Origin: Azolla caroliniana
Taxonomy: Eukaryota; Plantae; Polypodiophyta
NCBI GenBank assembly: GCA_043228905.1
Contig: JBHGNT010001097.1
Coordinates: 1 to 12,128, forward strand
Direction of reading: 5' to 3'
DNA: 12,128 nt
Shown: piece after piece, positions 1-9,181 of the stretch
How the letters are laid out: the number at the start of each line of letters is the position of its first letter
Numbering within the stretch: position 1 is the first letter of the stretch
Position numbers and translations under genes: made by a program
Notes under the pieces: model-generated
What the model was told of the DNA's origin: nothing
The model's input: the letters and a program-made list of their open reading frames with translations, nothing else
Databases searched by the model: none

Positions 1-99
1 GACTATTAAATAGTCTTGCATCTGCTCCTTCTAGAAGTTGAAGTTCAATCCGTCAAATTTCCTTAGACTCATCTCTAACGAGTTGGATGTTGACGCCAT
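1..99 (-). pseudogene. gag: N-terminus of Ty1/copia Gag, continuing off the left edge
   Basis: Manual translation from ATG at 99: MASTSNSLEMSLRKFDGLNFNF*KEQMQDYLIV. This matches the copia Gag N-terminal motif KFDGxNFxxWKxxMxDYL, with the conserved W now TAG (31-33). Not in the ORF track. Confidence 0.8.
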
Positions 100-549
100 T
101 TGTGTCGAGTACGGGAAGCTTTGTTCAGGGTTGGCTACGAACAGTGGTTGGGTGCAGGAGACTAGTTCACTCGAATTCGTTCTAGCCGATTTTGAATACA
201 AGCCGAACCTGATACGAAATTCGGGAGACTTGATCCAGAGTGACTACGGCTGACTAGCCTAGTCAAGTTGGACCCGAGTATGTCGATTCCATTTCAAATG
301 TCGATTTTCAAGATTTCCAAACACAGAGTATGTGCCGATTATCCAGGCCGATCATGCTTCAGGTGCCACCACAATGAGAAGAACAGATTTAGCTCATCTT
401 TGTGAATGTTGTCTAGCCGAATGAGGCATGGAAGGGGGTTGTTCTCGGAGCCTAGACAACAACAAGTGATTATGACAAGCAAGTGACTAGCGTCAGGTGA
501 CCTATTCGATTGTTTTCCAATCCAATGTAGTTCGGCTCAGGTAGACCTT
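100..549 (-). other. Putative 5' leader of the copia element; 5' LTR and PBS not found
   Basis: Lies directly upstream of the gag ATG and has no recognisable domain. It ends where gypsy integrase homology starts (~550). Confidence 0.4.
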
Positions 550-1279
550 GTGAAGCGACTAGGGGTCAAGCTTTCCATCACGACAACATACAATCCGAAA
601 GCGAACGGAAAGGTCGAGCAAGGGAATTCCCCGATCGTGAAAGCATTAGAATGAGCGTGTGATGGACAGGTCAACAACTGGCCGAGGCTCCTACCCTATG
701 CCTTATGGGCCAACCGAACCACGCATAGTTCCGTAACTGGGTACATTCCGGCAGAACTTATGTTCAGGAAGAAACCAATCATGCCAGTAGAGTGGACAAT
801 CACATCATGGATGGTGGTCAACTGGGCGGCGGGGATGAGCAGAGAGGATTTGTTGGCAGCATGAATCCGATAGCTCAAGCGAAGGCCGGAGGATGTGGAA
901 CAAGAAAAAGCAAAATTGTTGACGACACAGAAGCAATGGCCGGTTCGACCAGACACATTGCCTTCGGCCGAGGAAGATTGAGGAAGGCGATTGGGTGCTG
1001 GTCTACGACAACAGTCTTGACAACCAGCACCAGTCAACTCCTGAGTTCGCGCAGCAATGGTTCGGTCCTTACGTGGTGACGAGCACGAACAACAATGCAA
1101 CCTACCACCTTGCGCAGCTCAATGGGATGAGGATAGCAGTACCGGTTGTTGGGAAACAGATAAAGGCCTTCAAGAAACGGCATGCAGCAGAACCGGATAC
1201 GGAGATCGAAGACGGAAGCGTCGGCGAGGGTGAGGGGTCGTATGAAGACCGAATCAGCAACGGATCGGAGGAGGAATAG
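550..1279 (+). pseudogene. pol: Ty3/gypsy integrase, C-terminal half (catalytic E and GPY/F region), degenerate
   Basis: Frame from 550: VKRLGVKLSITTTYNPKANGKVEQ...NWPRLLPYALWANRTTHSSVTGYIPAELMF, with stops at 652, 862 and 871. After a frameshift near 940: KIEEGDWVLVYD...WFGPYVV...YHLAQLNG...QIKAF (ORF 995-1279). Confidence 0.93.
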
Positions 1280-1338
1280 AGAATAGTCGGAATCCCCACC
1301 GTTTCACTCCTTGGCACATGCCGGAGGATGTGCAGTTT

Positions 1339-1350
1339 GGTGGGGGTGGA
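1339..1350 (+). promoter_or_regulatory. Polypurine tract of gypsy element
   Basis: GGTGGGGGTGGA immediately before TGTCGTGAAG, about 60 nt after the integrase stop. Confidence 0.75.
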
Positions 1351-2221
1351 TGTCGTGAAGGATTCCAGCCATAGAGAGAGACGGAGCCAGATGCACGTGA
1401 ACAGGTGTGTGCACGGATGCACACAAATCAAGTAATATGTACAAACATATGTAAATAGTATAGTGTTAGTTGAGTATTGGTGATTACTAGGTAGAAGTGA
1501 TAGGTAGGTACTTTATGGTCACACAATTAAAGGAATAATGGTGATCAAGGGGAGAATCGGCCAAGAGGGAAAGCAATTGCCTTTATTGATGATGAAACGA
1601 CCTCCCCTTGTTCTATAAAAAGGGAGGTTAGAGACTGTTTTAGGTATCCACGATTCGGTAGGACGAAGTGTCGTCGGTTTGAGTGTCGAGCTCTCTCTCT
1701 TCTGTCTCTGTTTTGTGCTCTAGGAAGACGGTGAAGCCTCTGCTCGCGTAGGAAGCCCGTGAGCTCCCGACCAGAGGTTCACTATCCTGAGTTTCTTTGT
1801 GTGTGCATCTCTCGAAGCGCTTAGTGTTGTTGTTGATCGTGCCCGGTTGTACTCTTCCTAACTCTTTGTTAATCATTAGTGTTTGTTGAGTTTCTTCTCG
1901 TGTTGGGTATTACTGCATTGCCCCTACTTGTTGCGTGTTTGTTCCACTCCGAGTTCGTGTTCTTATTCCCGTTCTATTCCTGTGGTGTGCAGGTTCAAAG
2001 CCCTAAGACCTGGAGCTCACCGCAATTGTCCGGCATCCTGCCCGGAACAATACACTTCTTCAGATCGTGCGTTAACCGGCGGGGGTCCGGAATTGTTCTA
2101 GATTGAAACCATACCTAGAAACCGATCCGGCGAAGGTATTCGAACTCTAACCTTAACCACCCTTCTCCCTTACCAGCTCCTTAGTCTGAGACCCCGGTGG
2201 TCCCCTCCTCCCATTTCTACA
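1351..2221 (+). mobile_element. 3' LTR of gypsy element (~870 bp; right end approximate)
   Basis: Starts with TG right after the PPT, has TATAAAA at 1614-1620 then CT-rich R/U5-like sequence, and ends ...TTTCTACA just before unrelated chromovirus sequence. The partner LTR is not in the window. Confidence 0.75.
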
Positions 2222-2239
2222 CATCCCCGTGGAAACCCG

Positions 2240-4380
2240 CAATAACGGAAAGGACCTAATCGTCAATAATCCAATTTATCGCATGGTCGAGTAGTCTTGA
2301 TGAGTCATCGTAATAGCCGTACCCGATCTCCAATGTTAAAATAGGATGGAGGCCGATGACGATCCGCATAATCCTTTTGTGTTTGTTGAGCTTGATGTAA
2401 ATGGGTAGATAGGTCTTCTTGTATCTTGCGTAGCCATTCCAAATTATCCTCTACACGAGGATTTGTGGGTAACTCCAGAGTTTCGAATACACACCACCGA
2501 GGATGATAGCATGTGTAAGCATAAAATGGTGTAACCCTAGTCGATGAGTGGATAGAGTTATTATAAGCAAATTCAGCAAAGTGGAGAATATCCGCCCAAT
2601 CATCTTGTTGATAGCTTAGAAAACACCGAAGATATTGTTCAAGCGTTGATTTGTTTGTTCTGCTTGTCCGTCTGTTTGAGGGTGATAGCCGGACGCGAGG
2701 TTACAAGTGACCTTGAGCATTTTGAAGAGATGCTTCCAGAATTTCGAAACGAATTGAGGACCACAGTCGCTAATGATACTATATGGGAGCCCATGATGCC
2801 GAAATACCTCACGCATGACAATTTCGGCGGTTTCTTCACTAGTGATTTCCTTAGTACAAGGTAGGAAATGTGTCATCTTAGTATATTGATCTATGATAGT
2901 TAAGATCTCATCGAATCCCTTTGAAATTGGAAGATTTGTGATAAATCTAGAGAAATGGACTACCACGGCTTGCTTGGAATTGATAATGGTTCCAATAAAC
3001 CATATGGATGATGCCTTGGCATCTTTGTTCTGCAACATGTATCACATGTCCGAACATAGTCTTCGATAAATTGTTGCATATAAGGCTACCAAAATTATCG
3101 TTGTACTAAATCCAACGTTTTAGTACTACCAAAATGCCCAGTTGTATATGTGTCCTGACAATTTTGGACTACTCGAAGGCGACAAGAACCATTGGGAACA
3201 TACAAGATTTTCTTAAAGAATAGTAGTCCATCATCGCATTTGAATTGTCGATAGTCCATACTTGGTTGTTCCGATGTGAACAAGATGCCCGAGAGGGATC
3301 AATTTGCGCTAGAATGGCTTGAGCAAAAGCGTTTATCTTCAAGTCTTCACGTATGGTATTGATAATGTAGGAATCCAATGGAGTGTCAAAACCCCATGTT
3401 GCTTGCAATCGGGATGGTCCCAGGATTACTTGCTTTTGATTATCGAATGTTGTATCACTAGGATGAGGTGCTAGATATGAGCGTTGCGATAATGCATCTG
3501 CCTTCCCTTGTTGCATCCCAGGACGGTATGTAATTTTGAAGTCGAAACCAATGAGGAATTGGGCCCATGGAGCTTGTCGTCGATTTAATACATGAGCATT
3601 CTAGAAGTAGGCAAGATTTTTGTGATCACTGAATATGGTGACTTGATGATAAGATCCCTCTAAAAAGTGCTTCCATTGTGCAAAAGAGTCCACTATTGCT
3701 AGTAGTTCCTTGTCATGTATCTCGTATTTTATTTCGGCGGCGTCAAACTTGCGCAAGTGGAAAGCCACAAGATGTAGTTTTTCATCATTGCCTTGTTGTG
3801 ACAGAATGCTACCAAGGGAGAAATCTGACGCATCTGCCTCAATGATGAACAGTTTTTCCATATCAACATGAGCTAGAATAGGAGTTGATATAAATGCTTT
3901 TTTAAGACTCACAAAATCCGTGTCCGGTTCCTTAGACCACACAAACGACTGTCCCTTCTTGGTAAGCTGTGTGAGAGGCAAAATAAGCTTTGAGTAGTCC
4001 TGTATAAACTTGCGGTAGAAATTTGCGAAGCCTAAAAAACATTGCACATCTCGCAATGAACGTGGAGTCTACCACTCTACCATAGTTTTGACCTTAGTTG
4101 GATCCATAGAGATGCCTTCCGAGGAAATGACATAGCCTACAAATTCCTTCTGCTTCCACCCAAAACTACATTTTTCCAGTTTTGCATAAAGACCACGTTC
4201 TCGAATTCATTTTAGTACTAATAGTACATGAGAAGCATGCTCTTGTTGAGTCTTCGAATAAACTAGTAGATCATCAAACATATATCCAAGAGATCTCGGA
4301 ATATATCATTTGCCATGTGTTGGAAGACTGTTGGCGCATTGGTGAGATCGAATGGCATAACCGTATACTCGAAATGCGCC
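2240..4380 (-). pseudogene. pol: Chromovirus-type Ty3/gypsy pol fragment (RT, RNase H, integrase), Tf1/sushi/Tcn1-like, truncated at both ends
   Basis: RT: [42 protein letters not shown]. RNase H: EADASDF, YEIHDKELLAIV, SDHKNL, KADALS. Integrase: GHFG..TCDTC zinc finger, IISDCGPQF, YHPQTDGQAE, DDWADILHFAEFAYNNS, and GPF at 2256-2248. Many stops and frameshifts; a small deletion removes the residues before the RT DD. Confidence 0.93.
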
Positions 4381-4451
4381 AGTCTTAAGCCTCCTAGTTG
4401 TTCTTGTATGTTTCTTCATAAAATATAATATACTTCTTGTTGTCATCATTA

Positions 4452-4479
4452 TCTCTCTCTCTCTCTCTCTCCCTCTCTC
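4452..4479. repeat. (CT)n microsatellite
   Basis: TCTCTCTCTCTCTCTCTCTCCCTCTCTC seen directly; a further CT-rich run lies at ~4603-4626. Confidence 0.9.
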
Positions 4480-4483
4480 AGCA

Positions 4484-4537
4484 CAACCTAGTGGTAAGTT
4501 GTTGTGCTACTATTACTTATGTCTTGGGTTCGATTCT
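4484..4537 (+). promoter_or_regulatory. tRNA-like Pol III A-box/B-box module 1 (not a tRNA)
   Basis: CAACCTAGTGG (4484-4494), 32-nt gap, GGTTCGATTCT (4527-4537). Consensus is TRGCNNARYGG / GGTTCRANYCC, and the spacing is tRNA-like. Confidence 0.5.
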
Positions 4538-4782
4538 CAACTTACTCATATCCTCTGGTCATATTTGACCTCCGAAGACGATAATATAATCTATCTATCT
4601 CACTCTCTCTCGCTCTCTCGCTCTCTAATGATTCTCACACACTCTTTCCCTTTTTAGTACGAATCCTCATTCTTCTCCTCTATCTTTAATACTAATTCTC
4701 CTTGCCTCTAATATTATCCCTGGCAGTTTGAACCGAATTGGTTCTCAATAATGCCATGTGCCTCTTTTTATAGTGTTCTTAG

Positions 4783-4845
4783 GACTATTCTTGACCTTTC
4801 TAGAATGTTCCAGAGAAATCTAGAATATACATGGATTTCCTAGGT
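4783..4845. promoter_or_regulatory. Phased heat-shock-element (nGAAn/nTTCn) array
   Basis: Perfect TTCtaGAAtgTTC at 4798-4810. Invariant G at 4783/93, 4803/13/23/33/43 and C at 4790, 4800/10/20/30/40 give a strict 10-bp phase, just upstream of the - strand TATA. Confidence 0.7.
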
Positions 4846-4886
4846 GAAATCATAAATAAAAACAATATTTTTTATATTATAATGTA

Positions 4887-4940
4887 TAGCTTAATGGTAG
4901 GGCTTCAATCCATGTGACACAAGGTTATGGGTTTAAATCC
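4887..4940 (+). promoter_or_regulatory. tRNA-like Pol III A-box/B-box module 2 (not a tRNA)
   Basis: TAGCTTAATGG (4887-4897), 32-nt gap, GGTTTAAATCC (4930-4940). Confidence 0.55.
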
Positions 4941-4971
4941 TTTTGAAGCCATACCATCCTATATCATCACA

Positions 4972-5893
4972 ACGACTTGGTCATCACCAAACCCGACCTC
5001 ACTAAAATCGGCCGAGTCAAGTCCCTAGCTATCGGCTGCATTTGAGATGAAGGACTTGGGGGACCTTCACTACTTCCTTGGGATCGAAGTGATCCACACC
5101 CCCGACTGCATATTGTTGTGTCAGCGACACTATGTTCTAAATATGTTGTTCAAGTTCAGAATGATGGTTTGCCAACTAGTCTCGACTCTGAAACGGCTTG
5201 CAATGAGAAATGGATCCGACAAATTGTCAGAAGCGTCATATACCTGATTATCACCTGACCCGACATCAGCTACTCGATCGGGGTGATCGGCCAATTCATG
5301 CAACGACCAACCGTTGAGCACCTTGAGTACACACATCGACTACTACGATACGTGAACGGCACTATGGTTCAAAGACAGTTGTACCTACACGGTATAACCG
5401 AACAACTAGTCGGTTGTACTGATGTTGATTGGGCCGGTGATGCATCGGATCGTCAATCAACATCCGGATTCATGTTTTCTCTCGGGAGTGCGGCTATTGC
5501 ATGGAGTAGCAAGAAGCAACCAACAATGGCTCTGTCAAGCACCGAGACTGAGTACAAAGGAGCTACAGTTGCAACCTATGAAGCCATTCGGCTTCAGAGT
5601 TTGCTGCAAGACCTCTGGATCAAAGTACCGACTCTGATTCCGATCTACTGCAACAACATCAATAGCATGTAGTTGGCAAAGAACCCCATGTTCCATGCTC
5701 TCATAAAGCACGTCAAGGTGCATTATCACTTTGTGCACGAGCGGGTCCTAAGTGGTGAAGTCGAACTGTAGGATGTTTGAACCAATCGGCAAGTTGTCGA
5801 CATCTTCACAAAGGCGTTCGGATCGGACAAGTTGCGGCACTTTTCAAAGATGCTTAGGCTATAACATCTTGATGTGCGGCACTTGAGGAGGAG
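4972..5893 (+). pseudogene. pol: Copia reverse transcriptase C-terminal part and RNase H, degenerate
   Basis: DLVIT...FEMKDLGDLHYFLGIEV, YLIITxPDISY, TDVDWAGDASDRQSTSG, WSSKKQPTMALSSTETEY, IYCNN, NPMFHALIKHVKVHYHFVHE, QVVDIFTKA. Stops (e.g. 5670) and a 34-nt deletion at 5183/5184 relative to copy 2. Confidence 0.95.
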
Positions 5894-6026
5894 AAAAGAA
5901 ACAAGCACCATAGAGAAGGAGAAGGGAGCTGAGTCGACTGAAGATGTTGGCACATCCGATAAAGTTGAAACAAGCGGCAACAGTGGCAGAGTCAAGGACA
6001 AAGCCAATCGGAAGATGAAGGGCAAA

Positions 6027-6340
6027 GAGAATATATTTGGTTGGTCCCATGAAAGACCAAATCCATGTCCAATATGCCTTCAAATGAGTGCTCGAAACAC
6101 CCCACTTATTCTAGTGCTTTTGAGTTGCAAGAGTTGGAATATTCTTTGACATGAGTAAAGTTCTGCCCAATTTCACGTTGTACTGAAAGAATGGAACTTT
6201 CTGCAATGGATCCATCATGGGATTGGTTCAGAACCATCCCCTTGGGTTCCACATCATCCACTAACTGGTTGTCGTGCATATAACTAGAGCATATCCCACA
6301 ATTGAGCTATTGACGGTTGTGGATCCAGTAGCCATTTCTT
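6027..6340. other. ~314-bp foreign insertion within copia copy 1
   Basis: Absent from copy 2. Removing it joins RKMKGK|TRV, compared with RKKVKTRV in copy 2. Confidence 0.75.
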
Positions 6341-6703
6341 ACCAGAGTTGGCAATAAGGGCCTAAAGGATGAAGAAGAATTGGAGACAACCAATTTGGAC
6401 AAAAGCGGGGACGAATCAGTAGAGTTCTTTGATTCGGAAGAGCCGAATCACTTGAAGGCCAAGCGGAAGAGAAGGCAGCCAAAACTGACACTGAACCGAT
6501 AGGGTTGAAGGGCGCCAATACCACGACAGCAAGGGAGTTGAGAAGGGCATCATGAGCAGACAAGACGACCAAGAAGGTTGAGGTGCGTGGAACCAGACGG
6601 GTCGTGGAAAGTGGGACCGGACGAGATGAGGAGCACAAGCAAGGCGTGGAGACGCCAGGAGAAGACATGGCATGAAACCGACAGAGCAGAAGGAACCTCA
6701 AGT

Positions 6704-6717
6704 TGAGCTTGAGGGGA
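6704..6717 (+). promoter_or_regulatory. Polypurine tract of copia copy 1
   Basis: TGAGCTTGAGGGGA directly before the LTR; typical copia TTGAGGGGGAG-type PPT. Confidence 0.8.
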
Positions 6718-6719
6718 TG

Positions 6720-7189
6720 TATTGAGATGCAAGCTCAACATGGGACGGATCGGTTGAACAAGCTAAGAGGCGGATCGGGTGAAGACCGATCGGCTAGGCC
6801 CAGATCGGATTGGAGAGCCGGATCAGTGAGCCGGATCCACGAGAACCGGCAAGCCGCTAAAGGCCTACGATCCTAGCCTAGTAGATAGGCATATTTTTGG
6901 GAGTTAGTGTTAGTAGCTCAGTTAGGAGCATTGAAGTACATGCCAATACTTCTGTCAGTCCTTTTAAGGACTTGTATAAAAAGTGATCACTGAGCACATT
7001 GTATGTACAAACAGAGTGTTATTTTTTAAATAGAGATTTTTAGTGTGTTCTACTCTCTCTCACACACACATTGTCTCTCCCGCGTTCACTGTGTATTTTC
7101 TAAGCTTTCCATTAAACGTTCATTTGTGTTTTGTTGCTATCCAGTTCTAACTCGTTGTGTCTACAAGCTTTCGCACGTAACTCGTAACA
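6720..7189 (+). mobile_element. 3' LTR of copia copy 1 (~470 bp)
   Basis: Starts TATTGAG (TGTTGAG in copy 2), has TATAAAAA at 6975-6982 and ends TAACA where gypsy integrase homology begins. A 25-nt block (6961-6985) is identical to 10316-10292 in the copy 2 LTR. Confidence 0.85.
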
Positions 7190-8474
7190 GTGTGCATCCA
7201 GCTCTCTTAGTTTGGCCACGCTTTTCCCCACACACCTGTACCAGCAAATCACATCTTCGATTAGGAATCAGCATACGGCTACAATCATCTTGTTCGTTAG
7301 AGCTCACCTTCCACCTTATTCGACAGGTCCTCCCTTGTAAGCACTAGGTACCTCATTTGGCCTACCCCCATCGGCATTGTCACTAAGTCTACCATGCACT
7401 TGACGTGTATGGCTGGCGAGTAGGTCGAATGCAGCCCGTCACAATGTCAAACTCTGAAATGTACTTGACAACTTTCACACGTCGTCATGAAGTGATGCAC
7501 GTCGTTGTACATTCTCGGCCACTAGTACCTTTCCTTAAGCTTCTCAAATGTATCCCATGTTCCACGATGCCCGGACCAAGGACTCTCATGAACTCTCATG
7601 AAATTCGGCTGACAGCTTCGTCCGGTCTTCTCTCCTCACCACCACTCAGAGTGGTAGTCCGTTCCACTTCTTCAAATGCCACCAGATTACCCCAAGCCAT
7701 AGGAAGTACTTATAAGCCTTCTTTCGGATACGACCCGCCTCTTCCTTCGACCATGACGCATCTGGTACCATTGTCCTCAAAAACTTCCCAACCAGCAGCC
7801 ACTCCCCTACGTAGCCATCTTCGTTGAACACGTGCAAGGTCAAAGTGCTTTGTTCATTCGCCGACAATCGGGCCAACTCGAAGAAATTGACTCTGACTTC
7901 CTCGCCCTCTGATACCATGGCATCCTCTCCTTCATATCGTGCTCTCGATAGATAATCGGCCATGGTATTGTCCTTTTCGAAAATATGTCGGATTTTCGGA
8001 TTCAGGAACTTAATGTACACCATCCATCTGAGCATATCCAGATCTGGAGTCACGCATCTGGATATCATCTCTATAATCAAGAGATAATTTGCCTCAATAA
8101 TTACCTCCGTCTTCATAAGATAATCTTTGTCGCCCTTCACTAACGAAACGATATCCCACAATTCTCTCTTAACCTGGGTGTATCCTCATTGACACTCACT
8201 TCATACTTTTGCTCCAAATCGAATGGTGAATCTTGTGCCGCCTTCTTCCTCCTGGTTGATCACCCACCCAATTCCGGTCGGACTTGTGTCTATCGTCACA
8301 TAAATCGGGGACTCTTTCCCATAGATCATCTTCTGAAGAGCTGGTGTTGCATTCAGCATCCCCTTCAGTCTCCTCAAAGCCTCCATGTGCTCTTCTCCCC
8401 ATTCGAACTTCCGCCCCTTTTTCAATAAGCCATAGAGAGTCTTGGCTTGGCGATATATGCATAATGGGGAATCA
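7190..8474 (-). pseudogene. pol: Ty3/gypsy pol: RT connection, RNase H, integrase zinc finger and N-terminal core, degenerate
   Basis: IPHYAYIAKP..LYGLLKKGRKFEW, VTIDTSPTGIGWV, KDNTMADYLSRA, FHESPWSGHRG..WP..TCESCQ (HHCC), MVDLVTMP..YLVLTREDLSNKVEG, ending VAKLRELDAH at 7190. Confidence 0.93.
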
Positions 8475-8971
8475 TGTTACCGTACGAGATGTACAGGAAA
8501 TTTATAAGTGTGATGTGTGAGGGTGAAAGACTTAATGTTATTGTTGTGTAATTGTGTAATTCTGAGTGTGAGTCAATACGTATGTGAACACATGCACATG
8601 TGTGTGCATGTGGACATATACGAAGAGGTGCGAGTGAGTGATTAGTGTGAATGGACAAGGGGGCTTGCACCTCTATGTATCTACCCCGCTTGTAGCTATT
8701 TAACCCCTTATGGGGAATGAATGAAGGAATATTTCTCTCTCAATCTCTTTCTCTTGTCATCTCTCTCTCTCTCTCCCTTATGTTCAACCCCCTTGGGAGG
8801 GGGGTGGAGCCATTCTAGGCATCACCCCCCACCCCTCAATGCCTGTCAACATCTTCATGATCTCTCTCACCATCATACCGTTCATCATCTTCACTATTAC
8901 ACCATGTCTATCTTCATCATCAATCATCATCATTATCATTATCATTAACCCTAACCCTAAAAACCTATACA
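8475..8971 (-). repeat. 3' LTR of the non-autonomous element
   Basis: Direct repeat of 9203-9685 with about 16 substitutions plus microsatellite indels (manual count). It is preceded on the - strand by the purine run AAAAAAAAGG (8986-8977). Confidence 0.88.
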
Positions 8972-9181
8972 CGCAACCTTTTTTTTGACGACCCAAATGA
9001 TGATATCAAAGTTTGTGACCCGACAGAACGAGAATGTTCGTGTCGAGGAAGATCCGCTGACCGAAAGAGATGTTCGAGTCATGCGTTTCAATCGAGGGAG
9101 TCGATCGCAGAGAAGACCGATGAAGTTCCGGTTGAAGAAAGATGATGATCAAGGCATGTGGGATCGATGTGCAAGGCACTC

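Larger units (their letters stand above)
4441..4971 (-). mobile_element. Probable LTR (531 bp), likely the 5' LTR of the adjacent chromovirus fragment
   Basis: On the - strand it runs TGTGATGAT...ATGATGACA, with TATAAAAA at 4772-4765 followed by GA-rich sequence. The TG end abuts copia RT exactly at the YVD|D motif. No TSD flanks it (CTTGT vs ACGAC), so it is not a clean solo LTR. Confidence 0.55.
4972..7189 (+). mobile_element. Ty1/copia element copy 1, 5'-truncated (RT-RNaseH, 3' extension, PPT, 3' LTR)
   Basis: Copia RT/RH motifs, then PPT and an LTR ending TAACA; colinear with copy 2 at 10112-12128 (-). Confidence 0.92.

Noticed and set aside
38-253. 71-aa + strand ORF
   Set aside because: TTG start and antisense to the recognisable copia gag start; no motif.
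1640-2106. Hydrophobic ORFs suggesting env or a membrane peptide
   Set aside because: Inside the T-rich R/U5 part of the gypsy LTR, downstream of the PPT; short, mostly non-ATG starts.
4478-4960. Functional tRNA genes at the A/B-box modules (also 9860-9930)
   Set aside because: No acceptor or anticodon stems could be folded by eye; only the boxes and spacing are tRNA-like.
6339-6701. Homologous antisense ORFs (6339-6701 - and 10590-10964 +) as a conserved antisense gene
   Set aside because: They are the pyrimidine-rich complement of a purine-rich region, so they lack stops for compositional reasons. Starts and ends differ, and the similarity follows from DNA homology. Not fully excluded without dN/dS.
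7907-7917. TGGTATCAGAG on the - strand, an 11-nt match to the tRNA-iMet PBS
   Set aside because: Lies inside gypsy pol coding sequence (DAMVSEG) with no adjacent LTR end; a chance match.
8721-8996. His-rich and Met-rich ORFs (also 8422-8670, 9205-9393, 9568-9756)
   Set aside because: Translations of (CAT)n/(CT)n tracts inside LTRs.
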